Positions 39,157-53,334 of a stretch of DNA of 64,000 nucleotides are shown in pieces. This stretch comes from Octopus sinensis. Taxonomy: Eukaryota. Positions within the stretch are counted from its first letter, which is position 1. Every line of letters starts with the position of its first letter. The stretch spans positions 4,712,001-4,776,000 of the forward strand of contig NC_043012.1 of NCBI RefSeq assembly GCF_006345805.1, in the 5' to 3' direction. A model generated the notes under the pieces. It was given only the letters and a program-made list of their open reading frames with translations, made no database searches and was not told the DNA's origin. The position numbers and the translations under genes are program-made.

Positions 39157-40120
39157 TGTATGTATGTATGTATGTATGTGTGTATGTGTGTATGTACGTA
39201 CGTATGTATTCGCGTGTGTGTGTGTATGCGTGCGTGTGTATGTGTATATGAATGTATCTATACCTGTGCGTGCGTACGTATGCATGCATATATGTGAGTA
39301 CGTGTGCATGTTTGATTCTGTCTATGTAAGTATATCATTGTTCAGTTTCCTTTTAATATTTTTTGCCAATGGAGAAAGAGCCTGTTTCTAATCTAGATCC
39401 CAAACTCCTTCATTGGAATTCCAGCAACATCAATAGGTATGTATGTATGTATGTATGTATGTATGTATGTATGTATGTATGTATGTATGTATGTATGTGT
39501 GTGTGTATGTATGTATGTATGTATGTATGTATGTGTGTGTGTATGTATGTATGTATGTATGTATGTATGTATGTATTATGTGTGTGTGTGTATGTATGTA
39601 TGTATGTATGTATGTATGTGTGTGTGTATGTATGTATGTATGTATGTATGTATGTATGTATGTTATGTATGTAATTATGTATGTGTGTGTGTATGTATGT
39701 ATGTATGTATGTAGTATGTGTGTGTGTATGTATGTATGAATGTATGTATGTATGTATGTATGTATGTATGTGGTGTGTGTGTAGTATGTATGTATGTATG
39801 TATGTATGTGTGTGTGTATGTATGTATGTATGTATGTATGTTGTGTTATGTATGTGTGTGTGTATGTATGTATTTATGTAGGTATGTATGTATGTATGTA
39901 TGTTGTAGGTATGTAATGTATGTATGTTATGTATGTATGTATGTATTATGTATGTATGTTGTGTGTGTGTATGTATGTATGTATGTATGTATGTATGTGT
40001 GTGTATGTATGTATGTATGTTATGTATGTAATGTATGTATGTATTGTGTGTGTATGTATGTATGTATGTATGTATGTGTGTGTGTAGTGTATGTATGTAT
40101 GTAATGTATGTATGTATGTA

Positions 40121-40151
<31 letters not shown>

Positions 40152-40300
40152 ATGTATGTATGTATGTGTGTGTGTATGTATGTATGTATGTATGTATGTA
40201 TGTATGTATGTATGTATGTATGTATGTATGTGTGTGTGTATGTATGTATGTATGTATGTATGTATGTGTGTGTGTATGTATGTATGTATGTATGTATGTA

Positions 40301-40331
<31 letters not shown>

Positions 40332-40747
40332 ATGTATGTGTGTGTGTATGTATGTATGTATGTATGTATGTATGTATGTATGTGTGTGTGTGTATGTATG
40401 TATGTATGTAGGTATGTATGTATGAATGTATGTATGTAGGTATGTATGTATGTATGTATGTATGTATGTAGTATGTATGTATGTATTTATGTAAGTATGT
40501 GTGTGTATGTATGTATGTATGTATGTATGTATGTATGTGTGTGTATGTAGTATGTATGTATGTATGTATGTATGTATTGTGTTGGTGTATGTATGTATGT
40601 ATGTATGTATGTATGTTGTGTGTATTAGTATGTATGTTGTATGTATGTTATGTATGTATGTATGTGTGTGTGTATGTATGTATGTATGTATGTATGGTGT
40701 GTGTGTATGTATGTATGTATGTATGTATATATGTATGTATGTATGTA

Positions 40748-40778
<31 letters not shown>

Positions 40779-42250
40779 ATGTATGTATGTATGTGTGTGT
40801 GTATGTATGTAATGTATGTATGTATGTGGTGTGTGTATGTATGTATGTATGTAGGTATGTATGTATTATGTATGTATGTATTGTGTGTATGTATAATGTA
40901 TGTGTATGTATGTATGTATGTATTGTGTGTGTATGTATTATGTATGTATGTATGTATGTATGTATATGTATGTATGTATGTATGTAGTATGTTATGTGGT
41001 GTGTGTATGTATGTATGTTGTGTATGATGTATGTATGTATGTATGTATTTATGTATGTGTGTGTGTATGTATGTGTATGTATGTATGTATGTATGTATGT
41101 TTGTAGTGTATGTAGTATGTATGTATGTATGTGTGGCGTGTATGTAATGTATGTATGTATGTATGTATGTATGTATGTTGTATGTATGTATGTTATGTAT
41201 GTATGTATGTATGTATGTATGAATGTGGTGTGTGTATGTATGTATGTATGTATGTATGTGTGTGTGTATGTATGTCATGTATGTATGCATGTGTATGTAT
41301 GTCTGTATGTATGTGTGTGTGTATTATGTATGTATGTATGTATGTGTGTGTATGTATGTCTGTATGTATGTATGTATGTATGTATGTATGTATGTATGTA
41401 TGTATGTATGTATGTGGTGTGTATGTATGAATGTATGTATGATGTATGTATGTATGTATGTGTGTGTGTGTATGTATGTATGTATGTATGTATGTGTGTG
41501 TGTATGTATGTATGTATGTATGTATGTGTGTGTGTATGTATGTATGTAGTATGTATTTATGTTGTGTGTGGGTGTGTATGTATGTATGTATGTATGTATG
41601 TATGTGTGTGTGTATGTATGTATGTATGTATGTATCTGTATGTATGTATGTATGTATGTATGTATGTATGTGTGTGTGTATGTATGTATGTATGTATGTA
41701 TGTGTGTGTGTATGTATGTATGTATTGTATTTGTATGTTGTATGTATGTTGGTGTTGTGTATGTATGTATGTATGTATGTATGTATGTATGTTGTGTGTG
41801 TATGTATGTTGTATGTAGTATGTATGTATGTATGTATGTATGTATGTATGTATGTATGTGTGTGTGATGTAGTATGTAATGTATGTATGTATGTGTGGTG
41901 TGTAATGTATGTATTATGTATGTTATGTATGTATGTGTGTGTGTATGTATGTATGTATGTTATGTAGGTATGTATGTGTGTTGTATGTATGTATGTATGT
42001 ATGTATGTTATTATGTATGTATGTGTGTATGTATGTAATGAATGTATGTATGTATGTATGTATGTATGTATGTATGTATGTATGTGTGTGTTTGTATTTA
42101 TGTATGTATGTGGTATGTAGGATATGTATGTAGTATGTACGTGTGTATGTATGTATGTATGTATGTATGTATATATGTAATGTATGTGTGGTGTGTATGT
42201 ATGAATGTATGTATGTATGTATGTATTATGTATGTTGTATGGTGTGTGTG

Positions 42251-42281
<31 letters not shown>

Positions 42282-42454
42282 TGTATGTATGTGTGTGTGT
42301 ATTATGTATGTATGTATGTATGTATGTATGTATGTTGTCTGTATGTATGTGTGTGTGTGTATGTACGTATGTATGTATGTATGTATGTTAGTATGTATGT
42401 GTGTGTGCATGTATGTATGTATGTATGTATGTATGTATGTGTGTGTGTATGTAG

Positions 42455-42488
<34 letters not shown>

Positions 42489-44710
42489 TGTATGTATTAT
42501 GTACGTGTGTGTGTATGTATGTATGTATGTATGTATGTTATAATGTATGTGTGTGTGTATGTATGTATGTATGTATGTATGTGTGGTATGTATGTATGTA
42601 TGTATGTATTATGTATGTATGTATGTATGTGTGTGTATGTATGTATGTATGTATGTATGTATGTGTGTGTGTGTATGTATGGTATGTATGTATGTATGTA
42701 TGTATGTATTGGTTTGGTGTATGTATGTATGTATGTTGTATGTATGTATGTATGTATGTATGTGTGTGTTGTATGTACGTATGTATGTATGTATGTAATG
42801 GTTCTGTATGTAGTATGTGTGTGTGCATGTATGTCTGTATGTATGTATGTATGTACGTGTGTGTGTATGTATGTATGTATGTATGTATGTATGAAGGTAT
42901 GTGTGTGTGTATGTATGTATGTATGTATGTATGTATGTGTGTGTATGTATGTATGTATTGTATGTATGTATGTATGTATGTATGTGTTGTGTATGTATGT
43001 ATGTATGTATGTATGATATGTGTGTGTGTATGTATGTATGTATGTATGTATGTATGTATGTGTGTGTGTATGTATGTATGTATGTATGTAGTATGTATGT
43101 ATGTATGTATGTGTGTGTGTATGTATGTATGTATGTATGTATGTATGTATGTATGTATGTGTGTGTGTAATGTATGTCTGATGTATGTAATGTATGTATG
43201 TATGTGTGTTTATGTATGTATGTATGTATGTATGTATGTGTGTGTGTAGTATGGTATGTATGTATGTATGTATGTATGTATGTTATGTGTTGTGTGTATG
43301 TATGATTCTGTATGTTATGTATGTGTGTTGTTATGTATCTGTTGTATGTATGTATGATGTGTGTGTGTATGTATGTATGTATGTATGTTGTATTTATGTA
43401 TGTATGTTATGTATGTATGTTTGTTGTCTTGTATTATGATGTATGTATTATGTATGTATGTGTGTGTTATGTATGTTATGTATGTATGTATGTATGTATG
43501 TGTGTGTTGTATGTATGTATGTATGTATGTATGTATGTTGTATGTGTGTGGTGTATGTCTGTCTGTATGTATGTATGTTGTGTGTGTATGTATGTCGGTA
43601 TGTATGTATGTATGTATGTGTGTGTGTGTTGTATGTATGTTATGTATGTATGTATGTATGTATGTATGTGTGTGTATGTCTGTATGTATGTATGTATGTA
43701 TGTATGTGTGTGTGTATGTATGTATTTATGTATGTATATATGTATGTATGTATGTATGTCTGTATGTTGTGATGTGTGTATGTATGAATGTATGTATGTA
43801 TGTATGTATGTATGTATGTTGTATGTATGTGTGTGTGTATGTATGTATGTATGTATGTATGTATGTCTGTATGTATGTATGTGTGTGTGTATGTATGTAG
43901 GTGTGGGGTATGTGGTAGGTGGGTGTATGTATGTCATGTAGTGTATGTATGTGTATGTATGATATGTCATGTATGTATGTATGTATGTATGTATGTTGTG
44001 TGTGTGATGTATGTATGTATGTATGTGTGTCTGTGTTGTGTGTATTATGTATGTATGTATGTATGTATGTATGTATGTGTATGTGTGTGTAGTATGTATG
44101 TATGTATGTATGTATGTGTATGTGTGTGTATTATGTATGTATGTATGTATGTATGTATGTATGTATGTGTATGTGTGTGTATTATGTATGTATGTATGTA
44201 TGTATGTGTATGTGTATGTATGTATGTATTATGTATGTATGTATGTATGTTATGTATGTATGTATGTATGTGTGTTGTCTTATGTCTGTATGTATGTATG
44301 TATGTATGTATGTATGTATAATGTGTGTGGTATGTATGTATGTATGTATGTATGTATGTATGTTGTGTATGTGTGTGTGTATGTATGTATGTATGTATGT
44401 CTGTAACTGTATCTGTGTCTGTATGTAGTATGTATGTATGTATGTCTGTGTGTGTGTATGTATGTTATGTGTGTATGATGTAGTCTCATCTATGTATGTA
44501 TGTGTGTGTGTATGTATGTATGTCTGTATGTATGTATGTATGTATGTGTGTGGTGTATGTTATGTTGTACGTATGTATGTCTGTATCTGTGGTATGTATG
44601 TATGTCTGTATGTATGTTGTATGTATTGTATGTATTGTGTGTGTATGTATGTATGTGTGTAGTCCTATGTATGTATGTATGTATGTATGTATGTATGTAT
44701 GTATGTTCGT
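38690..44710. repeat. ~6-kb (TATG)n/(TG)n compound satellite
   Basis: Near-continuous from 39438 to ~44710; explains all the MYVC ORFs. Confidence 0.97.
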
Positions 44711-45084
44711 ATGTATATCTGCAGATCTGTATATTTTGTTTTACGTATGTCTTCTCATGCATATAGTTGCATATCTAGACATGCTCATATATGTATATTT
44801 AAATGATAAACTTCCGGAAAGCTTAATAGATTTTTACAGAAAGGAAGAAACCTATTCCGACTGTAACAATTTTCGTCTCTCTCGTCTTGAGTTAAACTCA
44901 TTCGAAACACCTCGGCATCTCTGCACCGGTGGCACGACCCGAGGTGTTCCAGCAAACTTGACCAGATGATGACGATGATGATGAAGAAAAACAAAATGAA
45001 TGGTGTTATCAGATTGAATGTGAAATGGCTATAAAGTGAGAAGATGAGGCGATCATCATATATATGTATATATGTTCAAACATA

Positions 45085-45251
45085 TAGGCACAAGAGTGGT
45101 TGTGGGGTAAGTAGTTTGCTTATCAACCACATGGATCCGGGCACCTTGGGAAAATGTCCTCTACTATAGCCTCGGGCTGAAAAAAAAAAAACAACGCGAA
45201 TGGATTTGGGTAGACGGAAACTGAAAGAAGCCCGTCGCATACATACATAAT

Positions 45252-45313
<62 letters not shown>

Positions 45314-45550
45314 CGTGCGTGCGTGTGTGTGTGTGTATGTATGTATTTGTGTGTATGTGTTTGTCGTCCCAACATCGCTTGACAACCGATGCTGGTGTGC
45401 TTACGTCCCCGTAACTTAGCGGTTCGGCAAAAGAGACCGATAGAATAAGAACTAGGCTTACAAAGAATAAGTCATGGGGTCGATTTGATCGACTGAAAGC
45501 AGTGCTTCAGTATGGCTGGAGTGAAATATACTGAAACAAATAAAAGAATA
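45085..45550 (+). mobile_element. SINE family A
   Basis: Head, internal microsatellite and tail present. Confidence 0.8.
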
Positions 45551-46201
45551 TGCCTATCACAAGCATTTTATTTATCAGTCCCGAGGAGAAGAAAGGCAAA
45601 GTTTAAGTTGATTGCATTCGAACCCAGAAGAGCCACAAAATATTCGGGGTGACACTCTAACGACTCCTCCGTCTTCAGATTGTCTCCAGTCCTCGTTAGC
45701 TTTCATTCTGCCGAGATGAATAAAATAGAATAGCGGGCACGTAACGAGCTATTATAATGTCGTTCGATCTGCTAGAAATAGTAGCTAGCCAATTTACACC
45801 TCAACATTTACATTTTAGCGTCTCATCAAACCAAGGAGACACACAGGATAATGCAATTCTTGATATACTGTGTGTGTGCGCGTGTGTATGTGTATGCATG
45901 TGTGTATATGTGTGTGTGCATGTGTGTGTGTGTGTGCATGTGTGTGTATGTATATATATGTGTGTGTGTATGTGTACATGTGCATGTGTGTATATATATG
46001 TGTGTTTGTATGTATGTGTATTTATATATATGTGTGCGTGTATGTGCGTGTGTGTCTATATATGCTGTGTTCATGTATATATATATGTGTGTGTGTGTGT
46101 GTATATGTGTACATGTGCATGTGTGTATATATATATATGTGTGTTTGTATGTGTGTGTATTTATATAAATGTGTCTGCGCGCGCGCGTGTGTGTGTGTAT
46201 G

Positions 46202-46240
<39 letters not shown>

Positions 46241-46495
46241 ATGTGTGTATATGTATGTGAATATATGTTTGTGTGTGTGTGTGTGTGCATATATCTATGT
46301 GCATGTGTCTGTGTTTTGTGCTGGTTTTGTTTAAATCCCTGTAATCCAGTGGTTCGGCAAATGGCAACAACAAACGAACGATTGAACAAGTTCCAGGTTT
46401 TGAATAAGTAACTCGTGAGATCGATTTGTTCGACAAAACACTCCAAGGTGGTGCTCCAGCATGGCCACAATCCTATTACAGAAAAATGTAAAGGT

Positions 46496-46535
<40 letters not shown>

Positions 46536-47099
46536 ACACACACAAACACACCATACGCGCGCACTCACACACTGACCAATCAGCAGTTGAAATCTATAAT
46601 CAATGCCAAACGGCCATTTGACCGCTGTAATAGCCATATATATGTAGACTAAATGACCGTGAGATTGGCCTGGCCATCAGGTTAATGTTTTCCGATGGAG
46701 ATATTTGACCGATTGACCAATGACCTGTGAGTTGTTTGATAGCGTAATCGACACACAAACTCATTGACCGGCAACGGGAGAGGATGGGGGAGAAAGAGAG
46801 AAAGAAAAAGAGAGAGAGAGAGGGGAGAAAGAGAGAGAGAGAACGACAGAGAGAACGAAAGAGAGAGAAGTAGAAAGAGAGAGAAGTAGAAAGAGAGAAA
46901 GAGAGAGATAAAGAAATAGAGACAACGACACACACGCACATGCTCTCACACGCACAGTCACAATCATGCACACACACACTGACACTCCCACACACATACA
47001 CAACACACACACACGCGTGCACACACACGCGCACATACACACACGCACGCACGCACACATATACACACACACACACTCTCTTTCTCTCACTCACACACA

Positions 47100-47530
47100 C
47101 ACACTCTCTCTCTCATTCACACACACTCCCCCTCTCTCTCTCACACACTCTCCCTCTTACACACACTCTCTCTCTTACACACTCTCTCCATTACACACAC
47201 TCTCTCTCACACACATACACACATACACACACACTGTCTCTCTCTCATACACACACTCCTCCTCTCTCTCTCACACACACTCTCTCTCTTACACACACTC
47301 TCTCTCTTACACACTCTCTCCCTTACACACACTCTCTCTCACACACATACACACATACACACACACACTCTCTCTCTCTCATACACACATTCCTCCTCTC
47401 TCTCTCACACACACTCTCTCTCTTACACACACTCTCTCTCTTACACACTCTCTCCCTTACACACACTCTCTCTCACACACATACACACATACACACATAC
47501 ACACACACTCTCTCTCTCATACACACACTC
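47100..47530. repeat. ~133-bp higher-order CA/CT minisatellite, about three copies
   Basis: TTACACACACTCTCTCTCACACACATACAC recurs at 47191, 47323 and 47457. Confidence 0.8.
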
Positions 47531-47574
<44 letters not shown>

Positions 47575-47811
47575 TACGCGCACACACACAGATAGAAAGT
47601 GTGTAAGAAACCACTATTTGAAATTTGAAACCACTATTACTATTGTTGTTGTTTTGGCAATTAAGTTAAGGCTATGTTTATTATTCATATTATTGATATA
47701 ATATTATCATTATATTTAATTATAGTATCAATATTGTTTTCGGTATGCCTTTTACTTTTGTGATAAATTACTATTAAAACGTAAAGATTATTATTATTAT
47801 TATTATCATTA

Positions 47812-48427
47812 TTCAGGAGTTTTATTTTTATAGCGTGCTTTCACTTCACTACCGAGCGCAGCTCTGTGTGCCTTGGGTATGTGCTGTGATTTGTTGTGAT
47901 GCTCTGATGGTTATTGTATGGAAAGTGTTCTGCGTAGGATGTGTGCAGTGCCTAGTAGTGCAATTTTCTGTATGTTATATGTGTTTGTAAGTCCTGGTGT
48001 TTTTGTTATGTATTTGTCTGAATATTTTTTTATCATGCCTAATGCACCTACTATGATAGGATTGTTTTCTGTTTTCAGATTCCACTTCTAGTTACCTCTA
48101 TTTCCAGGTCTTTGTATTTGAGAGTTTTTCCATTTATTTTAGAGACACGTTGTCATCTGCCGGTATTGATACATCAATTAGAAAGCATTTTTTTTTCTTC
48201 ATGTCTCTGACACTATATCTGGTCTGTTGGCCGTAATTTCTCTATCTGTGTGTATCGACATATCCCAGAGTATGGTGCTTTTTCTCGTTTTCTGTGACCT
48301 TTTCTGGTGTGTGCCTATACCATCTTTTTTCTGTTGTTATTCCATAATGTTGGCATAGCTTCTCCAATGTATGTAGGTTCCAACGCTGTCATGTCTGTGA
48401 ATATATTCCTTCTTAGCCAGACTGGGC

Positions 48428-48428
<1 letters not shown>
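47812..48428 (-). mobile_element. R4/Dong-like RLE retrotransposon 3' end
   Basis: NRPDIV.RD.EEKKCFLIDVSIPADDNVSLKIMEKLSKYKDLEIEV..IPIIVGALG..QKIALLGTAHILRRTLS; (AAT)n tail. Confidence 0.9.
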
Positions 48429-48473
<45 letters not shown>

Positions 48474-48754
48474 GTTATTATTATTTATTATTGTTATTAT
48501 TGTTTTATTATATTATTATTATTTATTATTATTATTATTTATTATTATTAGAATAAAAAAAACTGTAGAAGAGAGAGAAAGAGAAAGAAAGAGAAAGAAA
48601 AAATGAATGAAGAGAAAATGGAAGTCAAATGGATGAGGAGAGAAAAGGAGACACGACGGCGATGAAAATAACGTCCATAAGGAAATAGATGCAGAATTAT
48701 GGTGAGACTGGAAACTGGCAGATGAAAGAGTTTCGGAATATTTACATACAAATA

Positions 48755-49158
48755 GGCGCAGGAGTAGCTGTGTGGTAAGTAGCTTGCTAACCAGCCACAT
48801 GGTTTCGGGTTCAGTCCCACTGCGTGGCATCTTGGGCAAGTGTCTTCTGCTATAGCCCCGGGCCGACCAAAGCCTTGTGAGTGGATTTGGTAGACGGAAA
48901 CTGAAAGAAGCCTGTCGTATATATATATATATATATATATGTATATGTGTGTTTGTGTGTCTGTGTTTGTCCCCCTAGCATTACTTGACAACCGATGCTG
49001 GTGTGTTTACGTCCCCCTCACTTAGCGGTTCGGCAAAAGTGTCCGAGAGAATAAGCACTGGGCTTACAAAGAATAAGTCCCGGGGTCGATTTGCTCGACT
49101 AAAGGCGGTGCTCCAGCATGGCCGCAGTCAAAATGATTGAAACAAGTAAAAGAGAGTA
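48755..49158 (+). mobile_element. SINE family A (full length)
   Basis: GGCGCAGGAGTAGCTGTGTGGTAAG through GAAACAAGTAAAAGAG. Confidence 0.9.
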
Positions 49159-49481
49159 AACAGGATATAATGAACAAACAAATAGGCAGACACATGGATA
49201 GACTATATGCAGTTAGATATACTTTATACAGCTTCCAAACCACATGGTTCCAGGTTAAGTCCCACTGCGTGGCACCTTAGCAAGTGTCTCCTACTATAGC
49301 CGTGTTTGATATTTTACTATTTACACACCCGCATGAAACCCGTCATCATAGCGGTGCCCCAGCATGGCCATAGCTCGTGAGCTGAAACTAGATAAAAAAA
49401 TTAAAAAATAGCATCTCGCATGTTATTTTCCTATACCGTCCTTGGTCATTGCGTAAACCCTTTGTGGTTAATAAAGAAGTA

Positions 49482-49530
<49 letters not shown>

Positions 49531-49995
49531 TATTATTATTGAGTGAGAGAGCAGTTCATGCCATCAAAGTGACACTGGGTAAATATACGAAGCCCAATAT
49601 ACCCATCATGACTACCCGTCTGATAAGGTACACCCAGGCACATGCATCACAACCATATGTGCGCGACATGGTGATCTCATATCAAGATAAACCACATGAC
49701 CTTGCAGGTGGGGCCCAGTTAGATTTTTCTTCAGGTTGAGTAGCCCATCCCGCCAAAAGGTCCCTGAATAAGGGTTGTTTAAGGATGTTGAAAGAACCAC
49801 CCATTTTCCAGAGGTGAATTATTCAAACCCCAAAGAATCCCTCTCAACACATGGCTATGATGCTCCCCCACTACTTCTGCTCGGGATCAGAGATGCACAT
49901 ATCGTCAGCCATTAAGGGACATGCTCAACTGGTTAAGGTCAAACAACTGACAAGCAAATCTGTGGTATTGAGCAAATATTTGCTGTAGCCCATTA
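49531..49995. mobile_element. Unclassified non-coding interspersed element between (ATT)n tracts
   Basis: Complex ~465-bp sequence with sharp (ATT)n borders; resembles an abundant octopus repeat from recall (unverified). Confidence 0.5.
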
Positions 49996-50021
49996 TTATT
50001 ATTCTTATTATATTATTATTA

Positions 50022-50057
<36 letters not shown>

Positions 50058-50257
50058 GTTGTTGTTGTGTTGTTGTTATTATTATTATTTATATCAGCAT
50101 TATTATTATTATTATTATTATTTATTATTATTATTATTTATTATTATTATTATATTTTATTATTATTATTTTATTATTATTATTATGTATTATTATTGTT
50201 GTTGTTATTATTATTACAATTATTATTATTATTATTACAGTTATTATGATTATTATT

Positions 50258-50768
50258 GCCTTTGCACAGCTTCTAGCGCTGGAGATGTACTACAGTGTCA
50301 GCTGTTCACTACTAGTGGACTAAAGTAACACCTCTTATTTTTCGAGTACATTCCGGAGTATTCAAGCAGTTCCAAGCAGTTCTGTTTTCTGCAAGTGCTC
50401 CATCCTTATTGCAGCCCCTATTTGCTCCATGTACTTCTCGAGATTTTTGCTCCCTGTTCCCAGGGCTCCGACAATTATTGGTACCATTACCACCTTTTCC
50501 ATCAACCACAACTGCTTAACCTCCCAAGTTAACTTGTCATACTTATCGACTTTTCTTTCTTCCTTATCGCACACCTTGTTGTCAGCTGGGCATACTATAT
50601 CTATAATCCAGCATAGTTTGGTTTCTTTCTCAATTATGACTATGACTGGTGTTCTATTCTCTATTTCATGGTTGCACTGAATCATAAAATCTCACAGGAT
50701 CATTGCATTTATGGTCTTACCAATTTTTTCCTCTGTCAAATCCATACTTGTTGCAAAATGTACCAAGT
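50258..50768 (-). mobile_element. Second R4/Dong-like family, RLE 3' end
   Basis: IQCNHEIENRTPVIVIIEKETKLCWIIDIVCPADNKV..KEERKVDKY..VPIIVGALGT..LQKTELLGTA; (AAT)n on both sides. Confidence 0.9.
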
Positions 50769-50778
50769 ATTATTATTA

Positions 50779-50870
<92 letters not shown>

Positions 50871-51430
50871 GAAGGCGGTGAGCTGGTAGAATCGTTAGCA
50901 CGCCGGACTAAAATGCTTAGCAGCATTTCGTCCGTCATCCCGTTCTGAGTTCAAATTTTGCCGAAGTCTACTTTGCCTTTCATCCTTTCCGGGGTCGATA
51001 AAATAGGTACCAGTGAAGCACTGGTATTGATATAACCGACTAGACCCCCCCTCCTTCAACATTTCGGGCCTTGTGCTTTTAGCAGAAAGGAATATTAAGG
51101 TGGCGAGCTGGCAGAATCGTTAACACACCGGACAGAATGCTTAGCGGCATTTTGTCCGTCGAGTTTGCTTTTCATCCTTTGAGGATCGATAAAATAAGTA
51201 CCAGTCATGTACTGGAGCCGATGTAATCGACTTACCCCTCCCCCCAAATTGCTGGCCTTGTGTCAAAATTTGAAACCACTATTATTATGGTTGTTGTTTT
51301 GGCAATTAATTTAAGGCTATGTTTATTATTCATGTTATTGATATAATATTATCATTATCTTTAATTATAGTATCAATATTGTTTTCGGTATGCCTTTACT
51401 TTTGTGATAAATTACTATTAAAACGTAAAG

Positions 51431-51491
<61 letters not shown>

Positions 51492-51496
<5 letters not shown>

Positions 51497-51940
51497 TAGT
51501 TTTATTTTTATAGCGTGCTTTCACTTCACTAACGAGCGCAGCTCTGTGTGCCTTGGGTATGTGCTGTGATTTGTTGTGATGCTCTGATGGTTATTGTATG
51601 GAAGTGTTCTGCGTAGGATGTGTGCAGTGCCTAGTAGTGAAATTTTTTCTGTATGTATATGTATTTGTAAGTCCTGGTGTTTTTGTTATGTATTTGTCTG
51701 AATACTTTTTTATCACACCTAATGCGCCTACTATGATAGGGATTGTTTCTGTTTTTAGATTCCACATTCGAGTTACCTCTATTTCCAGGTCTTTGTATTT
51801 TGAAAGTTTCTCCATTTCTTTTAGAGACACGTTATCATCTGCTGGTATTGATACATCATTTAGAAATCATTTTTTTTCCTTATGATCTCTGATAACTATA
51901 TCTGGCCTGTTGGCCTTAATTTCCAAGAGTATGGTTGCTT
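51492..51940 (-). mobile_element. R4/Dong-like RLE 3' end, paralogue of 47812-48428
   Basis: SLKEMEKLSKYKDLEIEVTRMWNLKTETIPIIVGALGVIKKY. Confidence 0.9.
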
Positions 51941-51942
51941 TA

Positions 51943-51997
<55 letters not shown>

Positions 51998-52019
51998 TTC
52001 CCTCTAGACATAAGGGGGG

Positions 52020-52520
52020 GGGAGACCAGTCGATTAGATCGAATCTAGTACGAAGATGGTACTTAATTTATTGACTCTGAAAGGATGAAAGGTAAAGTCG
52101 ACCTCGGTGGAATTTGAACACAGAACGTAACGGCAGACGAAATATCTATTTCTTTACTACCCACAAGAGGCTAAGCACATAGAGGACAAACAAGAACAGA
52201 CAAAGGGTTCAAGTCGATTACATCGACCCCAGTGCGTAACTGGTACTTATTTAATCGACCCCGAAAGGATGAAAGGCAAAGTCGACCTCGACGGAATTTG
52301 AACTCAGAACGTAGCGGCTGACGAAATACAGCAAAGCATTTCGCCCGCCGTGCTAACGTTTCTTATTTCTTTATTGCCCACAAGGGGCTAAACATAGAGG
52401 GGACAAACAAGGACAGACAAAGGGATCAAGTCGATTACATCGACCCCAGTGCGTAACTGGCACTTAATTTATCGACCCCGAAATGATGAAAGGCAAAGTC
52501 GACCTCGGCGTGCTAACGCA
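52020..52520 (-). mobile_element. Head-to-tail trimer of SINE family B
   Basis: Three CGACCCCGAAAGGATGAAAGGCAAAGTCGACCTCG units joined tail-to-internal. Confidence 0.85.
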
Positions 52521-52956
52521 ACGTGGCTTAGGACAAATGTTACTTTTATTTAGACGCAGTCCTAAACTAGGACTGCCATGTTGCGTTGGTCTGTTACTGA
52601 ACGTCTCTCGTTGAGAGATTTACAAATAGAAATTTCTTATTTTATTATTAAAACCCTCACAACTTATTCTGTAGCACATCCAAATGGCAAATCTATTTAT
52701 CTCCAGTTCAATTAATGACCTGACAGCTTAACAGAAGAACATTAACCAGATAAGTACTTTCTTAAATTCAAAAGCGTTATGGCTTGCTGAGAATAATAGT
52801 CATTCCCTAAGTTCGTTAACATTTTATCAGCAAGGAGATTATATCTTGTTCCTAGTTTATGTATAAATTATCTCGTCCTTTGCAGTATAATTCAATTTAT
52901 TGCTCTTTTCTTCTTATGTTTGAGATCTACTGCCTTATTTAATCATTCATTTGTTG

Positions 52957-53016
<60 letters not shown>

Positions 53017-53254
53017 AGTATCTTTACGTGCACCGCATCCTTTTTGGATATTTATTCAACTGCACTCTCTCGTATCTCTTTTCTTTCTATGGTTTTATGC
53101 GATTTCTTTTATGCAGCCTACTATATTAGGAGCAAACAAAGTTCTACCAGTTTATTTCGCTAGTAATGACTGAAGAGATAGGTTTCACATTGCAAGTTTC
53201 TATGTAAACACTTGAAACGTACATACTAAACGCATTCGTGTTATATGATATATA

Positions 53255-53334
<80 letters not shown>

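Noticed and set aside
44850-44900. AAGACGA-GAGAGAC-GAAA motif on the minus strand
   Set aside because: Core mismatched, no palindromic helix III and no stem I.
52515-52587. Small nested hairpins (GCAGTCCT/AGGACTGC) as an ncRNA
   Set aside because: No recognisable family motif and a single occurrence at a SINE junction.
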